Positions 1 to 8,289 of a DNA stretch of 64,000 nucleotides are shown here, piece by piece. Under the pieces are notes generated by a model. The model searched no databases. It was not told where the DNA came from and worked only from the letters and a program-made list of their open reading frames with translations. Each line of letters opens with the position of its first letter. The stretch's first letter is position 1. The stretch lies in the IMG/VR virus record IMGVR_UViG_3300028591_000020, positions 1 to 64,000 of that record; one strand, written 5' to 3'. The DNA comes from a virus (taxonomy: Duplodnaviria > Caudoviricetes). The position numbers and the translations under genes were made by a program.

Positions 1-46
1 CGGGTTCGCTGTTCGCCCTGTTCAGAATATCGTTACCAAGAAATAA
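1..46 (+). CDS. 3' end of a second DGR target gene (truncated by window edge), ...GFAVRPVQNIVTKK*
   Basis: nt 1-25 are identical to the reverse complement of TR 7248-7272; reading frame gives GFAVRPVQ, as in the main target; TAA at 44-46. Confidence 0.85.
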   Translation, partial: GFAVRPVQNIVTKK

Positions 47-55
47 CCAAACACT

Positions 56-103
56 CGGCTCTGCCAACAAGCCGTTCCACAAGAACGGCCCAAGGCAGAG
101 TCG
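56..103 (+). promoter_or_regulatory. Bipartite hairpin downstream of VR2 (candidate DGR target-recognition element)
   Basis: CGGCTCTGCC-AACAA-GCCGTTC-CACAA-GAACGGC-CCAA-GGCAGAGTCG; same architecture as 8202-8250. Confidence 0.75.
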
Positions 104-118
104 CATATTATAGACGAT

Positions 119-565
119 ATGAAATTCAAAGTTGGTGACAAAATCAAAATTGCGAAAAGCTTCATGCGGATGGGCCGTAATCATGTTGGCTCCGTCGGTA
201 TAGTATTAGAGCATAGATGTTATGGTGGCAGGTATGTTGGCAACGAACCTACGCATTATGTCGTTAAGTTTGATTGCTACAAAGCACCACACATCTTCAT
301 GCGGTTTGATTTGGAAGATAGTTGTGAGCTAATTAAATCAGAAAATATGGCAGAAAAAACATCAGCACCAAAGAGTAAGATTGAGCTTGTTCGTAAAGAT
401 TTATTCATAACGAAGGCTTGCAAATGTTTTTGTGATGACATTTGCGAAAAAGGAATGGCTGGCATGTGTTTCCATAAGCATGATGGTCAAGGCCAAGTAA
501 AGAATACATTTAAGTATAATGAGTGTAATGAACTAAAGTTGCTTATTAACGCTTTAAATAGTTGA
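119..565 (+). CDS. hypothetical phage protein (N-terminal KFKVGD motif)
   Basis: 148-aa ORF in a tightly packed + strand run. Confidence 0.7.
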   Translation: MKFKVGDKIKIAKSFMRMGRNHVGSVGIVLEHRCYGGRYVGNEPTHYVVKFDCYKAPHIFMRFDLEDSCELIKSENMAEKTSAPKSKIELVRKDLFITKACKCFCDDICEKGMAGMCFHKHDGQGQVKNTFKYNECNELKLLINALNS

Positions 566-585
566 CGGATATTATTTTAATAAAC

Positions 586-870
586 ATGGCAAAGACAATT
601 AAGATTACAATTTACAACCCAAAGGAGCTTTGGATAAAGTTCTGTAATTGGGTATTCTGGCCTCGGCATAAAAAGTGTGTTACTTGGTGTGATTATTACG
701 ATGGTGTACTTGATGCTAAAATTGTTGAAATATTGCAAGAAGAAAACGCAAAAGGTACGATTAGTGACGAAACAGCTGAACGGCTTGAAATAGCATTAAA
801 ACATGCTAACTATCAAGTTTCGGAACTTACTGCAAAACTCATGTCAGAACAATATAAATACGAAGACTAA
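586..870 (+). CDS. hypothetical protein
   Basis: ORF track 562-870; ATG at 586 after an A-rich leader is the likelier start. Confidence 0.65.
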   Translation: MAKTIKITIYNPKELWIKFCNWVFWPRHKKCVTWCDYYDGVLDAKIVEILQEENAKGTISDETAERLEIALKHANYQVSELTAKLMSEQYKYED

Positions 871-1037
871 TGAAAAGAATTTCAATTAAAATTGATTGTG
901 ATTTTGATTTGTTGTTTTGGCATTTAGTACCATCCATCAATATAAATCTTCATTCGCACGAGATTGAATTTGAATGGCTGTGTATAGGATTTTATATTTC
1001 AAAAATTAAACAGATAAATCATGACAACAAAAATTGA
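870..1037 (+). CDS. small hypothetical protein (55 aa)
   Basis: read by hand; ATG overlaps upstream TAA (TAATG); fills the gap to the next gene. Confidence 0.55.
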   Translation: MKRISIKIDCDFDLLFWHLVPSININLHSHEIEFEWLCIGFYISKIKQINHDNKN

Positions 1038-1755
1038 GTGGACTCAAAAGGTGTGGAACCCTGTAACGGGCTGCACCAAGGTAAGCGAGGCTTGCCAAAA
1101 TTGTTACGCAGAAGTGATGGCACGACGGCTACAGAAAATGCCTGGAAGTGCTGACAAGTATCGAAATGGATTTCAGCCGACAATTCACGTCAGCAGTCTG
1201 GGTGAACCGTTGGAATGGAAAAAGCCAACTATGGTTTTCGTGTGTTCTATGGGCGACCTGTTCCATAAAGATGTGTCGTTTGACTTCATCGACATGGTGA
1301 TGAACGTCATCCGTGAATGTCCGCAACACACATTTCAGATTCTTACCAAGCGTCCTGAGCGCATGGCAGAGTATTTCTTAACGAGAGACGTACCACAAAA
1401 CGCATGGCTTGGCACGACTTGTGAGAGTGACAAACATTTTGACCGCATTGACCACCTGCGTAAAATCAAAGACGCAAAGGTGCGCTTCCTGAGCTGTGAG
1501 CCGCTGTTAGGTGACTTGTTGGGTATTAACCTGCGTGGTATTGATTGGGTTATAACAGGTGGAGAAAGTGGATCGTGCGCCCGTCGTACACCTGTAGAGT
1601 GGTTCCGTACCCTTCGCGACGTCTGCCAGCGTAACTTTGTGCCTTTCTTCTTTAAGCAGTGGGGAGCATGGAGCGAGGACGGTATTAAACAGAGTAAGTA
1701 TAAGAATGGCTCTCTGCTCGATGGTAGGGAGTGGAAAGAATATCCAAACGTATAA
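1021..1755 (+). CDS. DUF5131 / phage Gp37-Gp68 family protein (radical-SAM-like)
   Basis: IEWT..WNPVTGCTKVSEACQNCYA, VFVCSMGDLFH, ILTKRPER, FLSCEPLLG, WVITGGESG, FFFKQWG. Confidence 0.9.
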   Translation: MTTKIEWTQKVWNPVTGCTKVSEACQNCYAEVMARRLQKMPGSADKYRNGFQPTIHVSSLGEPLEWKKPTMVFVCSMGDLFHKDVSFDFIDMVMNVIRECPQHTFQILTKRPERMAEYFLTRDVPQNAWLGTTCESDKHFDRIDHLRKIKDAKVRFLSCEPLLGDLLGINLRGIDWVITGGESGSCARRTPVEWFRTLRDVCQRNFVPFFFKQWGAWSEDGIKQSKYKNGSLLDGREWKEYPNV

Positions 1756-1757
1756 TC

Positions 1758-2303
1758 ATGTTAGATAACGAAAAACTACAAAAATTAGCAAAGGAAATCT
1801 ATGAGATTGCCGTTGCTCATGGCTGGCACGAAGAGACCAGACCAAACGGGCTGTGGATGGCCCTGGTTATGTCTGAGGTTGCAGAAGCAGTCGAGGCAGA
1901 CAGGAAACACATTTCTGTTAATGGAAACATTGAAGGATTCCATAAATTGGTTGGAGTAGGTCATGATTTTAAGATGGTGTATAGAGATTACATCAAAGGT
2001 TCTGTTGCAGAAGAACTGGCAGATATTGTCATTAGACTGCTTGACTACATTAACATGCGCTGGGGTGATAAATACGATTGGTGGTACAATCCATCCAGTT
2101 TCCGTATTCCTGACGATTTCCCTGTAGCTGCATGGAAACTTGTTAAGGAGCACCTTAACGAAGGAAGCATGAATGTCAGAGACTCCATCCAGTATGTGCT
2201 CGAATGGGCAGAAAAGCTGAACATTGACATTGAGCAGCATATCAATTTGAAGATGCGCTATAACTCTCTCCGTCCTTATAAGCACGGAGGCAAAAAATAT
2301 TGA
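1758..2303 (+). CDS. MazG-like NTP pyrophosphohydrolase
   Basis: SEVAEAVEADR and EELADIVIRLLD acidic helical motifs; C-terminal KMRYNSLRPYKHG. Confidence 0.75.
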   Translation: MLDNEKLQKLAKEIYEIAVAHGWHEETRPNGLWMALVMSEVAEAVEADRKHISVNGNIEGFHKLVGVGHDFKMVYRDYIKGSVAEELADIVIRLLDYINMRWGDKYDWWYNPSSFRIPDDFPVAAWKLVKEHLNEGSMNVRDSIQYVLEWAEKLNIDIEQHINLKMRYNSLRPYKHGGKKY

Positions 2304-2722
2304 TCATGGAAATAACAGAATTGATGATTGGGGATATTGTTCAATATCTCGACGGAAAGAAACTCATTACCGTGGTTGTCGTAAAGCCTGATGGCTCAGG
2401 TAATGTAGTGCGACTCAAGCAGAAGAATGGTCACAAATTTAATACGACCGTAGATTATTTGAGACCTATGCCTCTCACTCCAGAGATTCTTGAAAAGAAT
2501 GGATTTAGAATCGTATTTGATGGCGAGTTGCATGTGTCCTATTTTCAGGACATAGAAAGCTTTCACACAGAAGTTAAAGTTGACAAAATAGGTATATACC
2601 AAAAATTATCAATGTTTGATGGTTTAGGCAATGGTGTTACTATTATTGAATGCAAATACGTCCATCAACTCCAACACGCTTTCTCCATTTGCAAAATAGA
2701 TAAACAAATATCTCTCCCGTAG
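2300..2722 (+). CDS. hypothetical phage protein
   Basis: ELMIGD...PMPLTPEILEKNGF...YVHQLQ pattern recurrent in Bacteroidetes phages. Confidence 0.75.
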   Translation: MIMEITELMIGDIVQYLDGKKLITVVVVKPDGSGNVVRLKQKNGHKFNTTVDYLRPMPLTPEILEKNGFRIVFDGELHVSYFQDIESFHTEVKVDKIGIYQKLSMFDGLGNGVTIIECKYVHQLQHAFSICKIDKQISLP

Positions 2723-2728
2723 TATAAC

Positions 2729-3205
2729 ATGAAAGAAACCAAATTAAACATCGAGCCGGAATTAGGCTCAATCTCAGCAAAAGGTACCAAGTGTTGGTAC
2801 GTTCGTTCTAACATGATAGCCCACAAGTTCATCGTACAGGAAGCCGAATGGATCGGTGGTGTATCAGACTTGCTTCGCATGGCCAAGGGTAATATGTTTT
2901 TCTCTTGGAAGGAAGCCAACGAGTTAGAGACTCAGCTTAATGAGCGTCTTGAAAAACTCAAAGCACTCACTCAGACCGACGAGTACAAACAGAAACTCGC
3001 TGATGATGAAGCCAAGAAAAAGGCTGAATCAGAAGAGCGCAAGCGTAAGCGCGAGGAAGCTATTGCCGCCAAGAAAGCTGCTAAAGAGGCTGCTATCATC
3101 GACCCAACGGCAAAGAAGAAGCCAAAAGGACTCACCACCCGAGAGGCCGCTATCAAGTACGAGGCTAAAAAGAAGAAATCTCCGCATCCTGATATTATCG
3201 TTTAG
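2729..3205 (+). CDS. hypothetical protein with Lys/Ala-rich coiled C-terminus
   Basis: 158-aa ORF; its TAG is part of a TAGTCT-hairpin element. Confidence 0.75.
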   Translation: MKETKLNIEPELGSISAKGTKCWYVRSNMIAHKFIVQEAEWIGGVSDLLRMAKGNMFFSWKEANELETQLNERLEKLKALTQTDEYKQKLADDEAKKKAESEERKRKREEAIAAKKAAKEAAIIDPTAKKKPKGLTTREAAIKYEAKKKKSPHPDIIV

Positions 3206-3371
3206 TCTCTCTATGGAAATGGGAGCTGTCCTCACGGATGGCTCCCATTTAAAACAAACTACTAATTCTTTTACTAACCAAAAACTATTAACCTTATGAA
3301 AAAACTCACTGCTACCGCTGTAGCATACCTGTATTAATAATCAACTATTTTCCGTTTTGTATGTTGCCGTG

Positions 3372-3926
3372 TCACGGCAATAGGCTTATCGTAATACCAA
3401 GTCCTACGAACGGCTCCACCTGTTTTGATTGGAACCCATATCCGTAGCCACCGATAAGCCCAAGATTCCACCTTCTGAACTTTTTCATCGCAACAGTCCG
3501 CGTCTCTACGATGGAATGAAGAATCTCTTTCTGCCTCACAAAGATGCTATCCAGTTGTGGCTCATATCCGCTGACCCATGCCGTATAGGTACTGTCATCC
3601 GTGTACATCTTCTGAGTAACTTCTAAGCAGATAGAATCCTGCTTATTTTCCCAAATACTATCCAAATAAGCGGAATCGGCCTTTATTGGCACCTTAATAT
3701 ATCGTATCACGGTCTCTTTCTTGGCCTCCGGCATTGAGTCCTTTTTCTCCGTGTACTTGATGACTGTCTTTTCAACGGTCTTCACGGGCTGCTCCTGCAG
3801 GTCCCGATATTGCTTGTAGTTATACAGCAACGAGACGATCAACAGGAGAATAATGCCAACCATGCAGATGAAGAATGCTTTCATACTGCCACCGCTACGA
3901 GCCAACTTTTCATCGTAATAGTCCAT
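3372..3926 (-). CDS. putative spanin-like lysis protein
   Basis: N-terminal TM helix; C-terminal alternating beta-strand segment; immediately after the endolysin candidate. Confidence 0.55.
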   Translation of the reverse strand: MDYYDEKLARSGGSMKAFFICMVGIILLLIVSLLYNYKQYRDLQEQPVKTVEKTVIKYTEKKDSMPEAKKETVIRYIKVPIKADSAYLDSIWENKQDSICLEVTQKMYTDDSTYTAWVSGYEPQLDSIFVRQKEILHSIVETRTVAMKKFRRWNLGLIGGYGYGFQSKQVEPFVGLGITISLLP

Positions 3927-3928
3927 AG

Positions 3929-4381
3929 TTATTCGATTTTAATGAATATCATTCCCTTTGCTGTTTTCAGCTTCTCGTACAGAGCATGGAAGGTAGCCGT
4001 TGATTCCAGCACCTTACCCACCTCTTTGTTCTTACCAACGAGGATGCAGCCCTCGCTATCCTTGGCAGTATTGCCGATATGAATCAGCACACCGTCAAAG
4101 GCAGGCACATTCAGCAGTCTGGGTAGATAGCCCTTGCAGAAGTCATACTTCTTCTTCAACGAGAAACGTGGTGACTTCACACCAAGCGTTACCTGGTAAC
4201 GTCCGGTGGGAATTGCCGTCTCTCCATGTTTCTTCTTGGCCTTGTTGACACTGACAGGCAAATTCTGATCCAGTCCTCTGTCACAGTCCTCAATGGTATC
4301 ACAGAAATAGACTCCATCAATATATAGCTTGCCAATAGTGTATGTAGGCCGTTTGGCTATTCGTTTTAATCGTAAATCCAT
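3929..4381 (-). CDS. DUF5675 family putative endolysin
   Basis: YTIGKLYIDG..CDTIED, TAIPTGRY, ILIHxGN-like VLIHIGNTAKDSEGCILVG. Confidence 0.8.
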   Translation of the reverse strand: MDLRLKRIAKRPTYTIGKLYIDGVYFCDTIEDCDRGLDQNLPVSVNKAKKKHGETAIPTGRYQVTLGVKSPRFSLKKKYDFCKGYLPRLLNVPAFDGVLIHIGNTAKDSEGCILVGKNKEVGKVLESTATFHALYEKLKTAKGMIFIKIE

Positions 4382-4395
4382 AACTCAATCCTTTT

Positions 4396-4905
4396 TTAGT
4401 TATCGTCACCGTTGTACTCATGAGAAACAATGTCGTTACCCTCAAAGTCTTTCTTGTCGTGGGTAAGGGCATCCAGCACTTTCTCGATACCGCCATACTC
4501 ACGAATCAATGCAAGGATGGCTTTCCTGTATTCTTGCTGTTGTTTCCTTTCCTTGATGTCAGCAGGCTCCCAGATGCTTTTCACTTCCACGAATCCAACA
4601 TATCCCAACGCTAACAGCGTGAACCAAGGAACCATGATAAAATCCACCTTATAGAAATTGTAAAGGAATAGCAGTAATACCAGCTGTACGACATCTATCA
4701 GACTGAGCGCAAAGGTCATATTGAAATACTTCGAAATCTTCTCAATAGTACGCTTATACCCTTCGCTCGTCTTGAACTCGCCACGCTGTTTTGCTTTACG
4801 GATGCCAGCACGCAAATCGCAAAAGATAAGACCTAAGATGATTATATAGCAGAGCAGCATCAGCCCTCCGTCAAACATCAGTGTTGTTATTCTCTCCTGG
4901 ATCAT
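4396..4905 (-). CDS. putative holin
   Basis: three hydrophobic segments, DLRAGIRKAK motif, charged C-terminus; next to endolysin candidate. Confidence 0.7.
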   Translation of the reverse strand: MIQERITTLMFDGGLMLLCYIIILGLIFCDLRAGIRKAKQRGEFKTSEGYKRTIEKISKYFNMTFALSLIDVVQLVLLLFLYNFYKVDFIMVPWFTLLALGYVGFVEVKSIWEPADIKERKQQQEYRKAILALIREYGGIEKVLDALTHDKKDFEGNDIVSHEYNGDDN

Positions 4906-4967
4906 AGTTTTCTTATTTTGTTATCCTGATATTGTGTTTTTGTATGCCGCTATGTATAGCGGCTCTC

Positions 4968-5441
4968 TCAGATGATGCAGAACAGCACCACATTAACGAA
5001 GCATATCACTTCCGCTATGAAGCACCAACGCCACCTACATTCCTTCCATGACATCAGAATACCAAAAAGCACCCATGTTATAAGAATCTCAGGACGGTTT
5101 AGCGCAATAGCCAACTGGCTAAGCACACAAGCCGACACACCTGCAACATTGTGTACTGCCACCATATCCTTTGCACACAATGGGAACACACCAAGCACAC
5201 CCAAGGCAATTATAGTAAGGAATGCCAGGAACTTGGTATTCTCACTTGTGTTCTCGATGAATCCGGGACACACCAGCCATGCCGTCACAAAGATGACTGC
5301 ACTCCACACCCAACGATGCTTCAAGTCAAAGACTGTCTGACTGATACTTGGTGGAACCTCTCCCCTAACGCCACTGGCGTAGGCAAGGTAGGCAGCGAGA
5401 ATAACCGCCGCCAAACCTGCCATGATATAAATACCTGTCAT
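4968..5441 (-). CDS. multi-pass membrane protein
   Basis: about five hydrophobic segments. Confidence 0.7.
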   Translation of the reverse strand: MTGIYIMAGLAAVILAAYLAYASGVRGEVPPSISQTVFDLKHRWVWSAVIFVTAWLVCPGFIENTSENTKFLAFLTIIALGVLGVFPLCAKDMVAVHNVAGVSACVLSQLAIALNRPEILITWVLFGILMSWKECRWRWCFIAEVICFVNVVLFCII

Positions 5442-5454
5442 ACGCCACTAATGG

Positions 5455-6009
5455 TTACTCGTTAACTTCCTGTTCTTGTTCCTCAGCAGCAGCAAAGAAA
5501 GCCTCGTAAGGCTCGAAGTCGATAGCGTCTTTCTTCTGCCAGCCCTCTGCAAGACACTGCTGAATGTGAACGTAAACACCATCGTAGAAGTTGTTCAGGT
5601 CATCAAGAGTCTCGAAGGTACGGTAGCAGGCTGCGTTGTTCTCGTCCTCACCAATCTTGAAGGTCACAGGAACATAATTCTTGTTGCCTTTCTTCTCTGC
5701 TCTACGCTGAGCCTCTGAATAGTTGCTTTGATTCTCCTTAGACAGCCATACGTGACGCTCTACACCGTCGTTGTCCGTCCAAACGAAGCCTGTGAGAATC
5801 TTCTCGTCCGTCTGAGAGTCGATGTCGGCTATGATAGCCTTCTTCACGTCCTCTAAGGTTACCTGAGAAACCTGCTTCTTGTAGATGTAAATCTCTATCC
5901 AAGTAGCGTTCTCCTCGTCTACTTCTTGATAGCCGTAGCAGATGATCACTCGACTTGCATCCTCCTTGACGGGAGCAAAGTCTGTCTTCTTTCCAAACAC
6001 TTTGTTCAT
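5455..6009 (-). CDS. hypothetical protein (DUF4376-like, tail-fibre associated)
   Basis: GFVW...VWLSKENQSNY...PVTFKIG...GWQKKD pattern. Confidence 0.6.
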   Translation of the reverse strand: MNKVFGKKTDFAPVKEDASRVIICYGYQEVDEENATWIEIYIYKKQVSQVTLEDVKKAIIADIDSQTDEKILTGFVWTDNDGVERHVWLSKENQSNYSEAQRRAEKKGNKNYVPVTFKIGEDENNAACYRTFETLDDLNNFYDGVYVHIQQCLAEGWQKKDAIDFEPYEAFFAAAEEQEQEVNE

Positions 6010-7210
6010 AATTACAAGTTTTTAAATGTTTATAAAAAATAAGTCTGTCTGTAATCTTGGTCATATCCTCGTCGAAGATGCCAATGCGCAAGATGGGTTG
6101 TATCATCAGCAGCTTTCGACTCAGATTGTACGATTTTGTGTGCCTGAATATGCCCAAGTAAGAGTTTACGGAGCGTAGAATCTTCCAAGGCTTCGAGTAG
6201 TCGAACTCGGCAATCTTCTTCTTGATACGCTCTAAGGCATGATTCGAGATATATGTTCGCCAAGGCTTGATGTATGCACCCAGGAACTCTACGCCATGAT
6301 GCACCTCGCTCACCTCCAGCTTGCCCATATGTAAGTCCAAACCAAGTTCCGCTTTCAGGAATTGTCTTATCCTTGGCACCAGACTCAACAGCCATTCTTT
6401 GTTTGCACTCACAACCGCTGCATCGTCCACATAACGCCCATAGAAGTGACACTTCAATTCGCGTTTCATGAATTGGTCTAACAGATTCAGATACACATTC
6501 GAGAAGAGTTGGCTCGTAAGATTGCCAATGGGAAGTCCAAGGCCTTCTTCCAGTTGCAACATGCTCTTGGCTGGGTCCAGCCCATCCCAGTCGGACGGGT
6601 CGCCACAGATGATGCAGTTCTCTTTCGGATTCAGCATAACGATAATTTCCGTCAGCCATTCTACAAATCCCATGTCGAGAATATCTCCCCATGTAGCCGA
6701 TGTGTCTTTGCTGATACGATGTGTGGCCATCTTCCTCAGACTGGCAACAGCAATCTCCAAAAGCCTCTTGCGCACAATGTGCATGAAGTAGCCGCGAATA
6801 TCTAAGTGCATGACATAGCACTTCCGTTGCCAGTTGTGACTCTCCTTTCTGCAGAAGTCCGTGATACGTCCTATTCCATAGTGTGTGCCACGTTCCTTGA
6901 TGCAGCTGTATGTGTCCTTTATAAATGTTCTCTCGAACAGGCCATGCGTGTAGTTGAAGTAAAGATGATGTACGATACGGTCTCTGAATACAGCTGCAAA
7001 TATCTCCCGCTTCTTCGGGTAGTCCACAATGAAGCATTTCGATGGCAGGGGCTTGTATCTCCGATAATACAAATCGTCGCACAGCTCTTCCATGTTCTGC
7101 TTGAGATTCGACTCCCATTTCCTTACATAACTCCTTTTTGACTTGTGCTTTTTCGCACTGTAATATGCTTGATAGAGGTCGAGAAGGAGCTGCTGCCGTG
7201 TCAGAACCAT
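5738..7210 (-). CDS. DGR reverse transcriptase
   Basis: FRDRIVHH, LDIRGYF, GLPIGNLTSQLFSNVYL, YGRYVDD; adjacent TR/VR pair. Confidence 0.95.
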   Translation of the reverse strand: MVLTRQQLLLDLYQAYYSAKKHKSKRSYVRKWESNLKQNMEELCDDLYYRRYKPLPSKCFIVDYPKKREIFAAVFRDRIVHHLYFNYTHGLFERTFIKDTYSCIKERGTHYGIGRITDFCRKESHNWQRKCYVMHLDIRGYFMHIVRKRLLEIAVASLRKMATHRISKDTSATWGDILDMGFVEWLTEIIVMLNPKENCIICGDPSDWDGLDPAKSMLQLEEGLGLPIGNLTSQLFSNVYLNLLDQFMKRELKCHFYGRYVDDAAVVSANKEWLLSLVPRIRQFLKAELGLDLHMGKLEVSEVHHGVEFLGAYIKPWRTYISNHALERIKKKIAEFDYSKPWKILRSVNSYLGIFRHTKSYNLSRKLLMIQPILRIGIFDEDMTKITDRLIFYKHLKTCNYEQSVWKEDRLCSRQGGCKSSDHLLRLSRSRRGERYLDRDLHLQEAGFSGNLRGREEGYHSRHRLSDGREDSHRLRLDGQRRCRASRMAV

Positions 7211-7247
7211 ACAATAAGAGAGAAATAAGGATAGTCAGAAGTGTATG

Positions 7248-7434
7248 CTGAACAGGGCGAACAGCGAACCCGTTGTACCGGTTGTTGTTGTTCTGCGGAT
7301 TGACACCACCAGAGTTGAAGTTCAAGTTCCGAGCATTGACAGCCGAGTTGAACGATGCAGACCAGTAGTTGCCGTTCGAGCCGCGATTGTTCCAAGACGA
7401 GCCGTTGCCGTTGCCAGAGCAAGCGAAGAAAAGC
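7248..7434 (-). repeat. DGR template region (TR), 187 bp
   Basis: AAC-rich copy of target 3' end; 16 mismatches to VR1 by hand alignment, 15 at TR adenines. Confidence 0.95.
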
Positions 7435-7599
7435 TTTCGGCCACAACCTTGCACGATAACACTAAGGGGTTGCACAAGGCAAGACCAAAGTGTATCTTTG
7501 ATTTTTCCCATCACCGCAAGCAGTGGTAGGACGTGTGGCCTGTGAATATCGTTCTGAACCATCCTGATTGTTATTAAAAATGTTATTAGTCTCGTATTG

Positions 7600-8160
7600 T
7601 TAGAATATAGCAGAAACCTGTCTTCGCAAGTCGCGTAGAATATCGTAGGCCTCCCGTGGTGATATGTCCTCGATTGGCAGTGAAACGATATGACTGATGA
7701 TGTCAGATATACGCATGATTCTCGGAGCCTGCTCAGCTGTCTCACGATCTTCGCGCTTCTGCTTCTTGCTCTCCATCAATGGCAGCGCGTTTTTCCAATC
7801 CTCCTTCATCTTATTGAGGTTTTCAAACGTCACTTCACCAATGTTCTCAGGAAGTGCAATCTTCACGTCAATCTGGGTGTCGCTGATGGGCTGAAACTCG
7901 ATATTCCCATTGCTTGGAAGATACTTGCCGATAGACGATGCGGGAAAACCAACGAAAGCGTCAATATATCCGTCTTTCAACTTCTTTGCCAACACCTTCA
8001 AAGGCTTCTCTACTGCTTCACCAAAAGGAAATGCAGACATCAGCCACGCGCTCCAATCATGAGCGCGATACCAGTCACCTTCCTTTATCAAGTGAATCAC
8101 ACTCCACTGGCTTGATTCCTCGCGCTTTGTTTCAATGCTTATTATTTCTGCTATTGTCAT
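7600..8160 (-). CDS. DGR accessory protein, MutS domain-I-like (MSL type)
   Basis: IHLIKEGDWYRAHDWSAWL resembles the MutS mismatch-binding motif; lies between target and TR. Confidence 0.65.
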   Translation of the reverse strand: MTIAEIISIETKREESSQWSVIHLIKEGDWYRAHDWSAWLMSAFPFGEAVEKPLKVLAKKLKDGYIDAFVGFPASSIGKYLPSNGNIEFQPISDTQIDVKIALPENIGEVTFENLNKMKEDWKNALPLMESKKQKREDRETAEQAPRIMRISDIISHIVSLPIEDISPREAYDILRDLRRQVSAIF

Positions 8161-8201
8161 CTTTACAATTTTTTTTCTTATTAGTTCTTACCATTCCAAT
8201 G

Positions 8202-8250
8202 CGGAGTGAGCCTTGGGGCCGCTTGTGGAGCGGCCTTGTGGCCCACTCCG
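8202..8250 (-). promoter_or_regulatory. Bipartite hairpin downstream of VR1
   Basis: minus strand CGGAGTGGGCC-ACAA-GGCCGCT-CCACA-AGCGGCC-CCAA-GGCTCACTCCG. Confidence 0.8.
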
Positions 8251-8289
8251 AATGTTATGGTTTTGTTACGTTCTTTTTGTGGAACGATA

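Noticed and set aside
7600-8160. Calling the DGR accessory gene avd
   Set aside because: Length and mixed alpha/beta MutS-I-like motif do not fit the Avd helical bundle.
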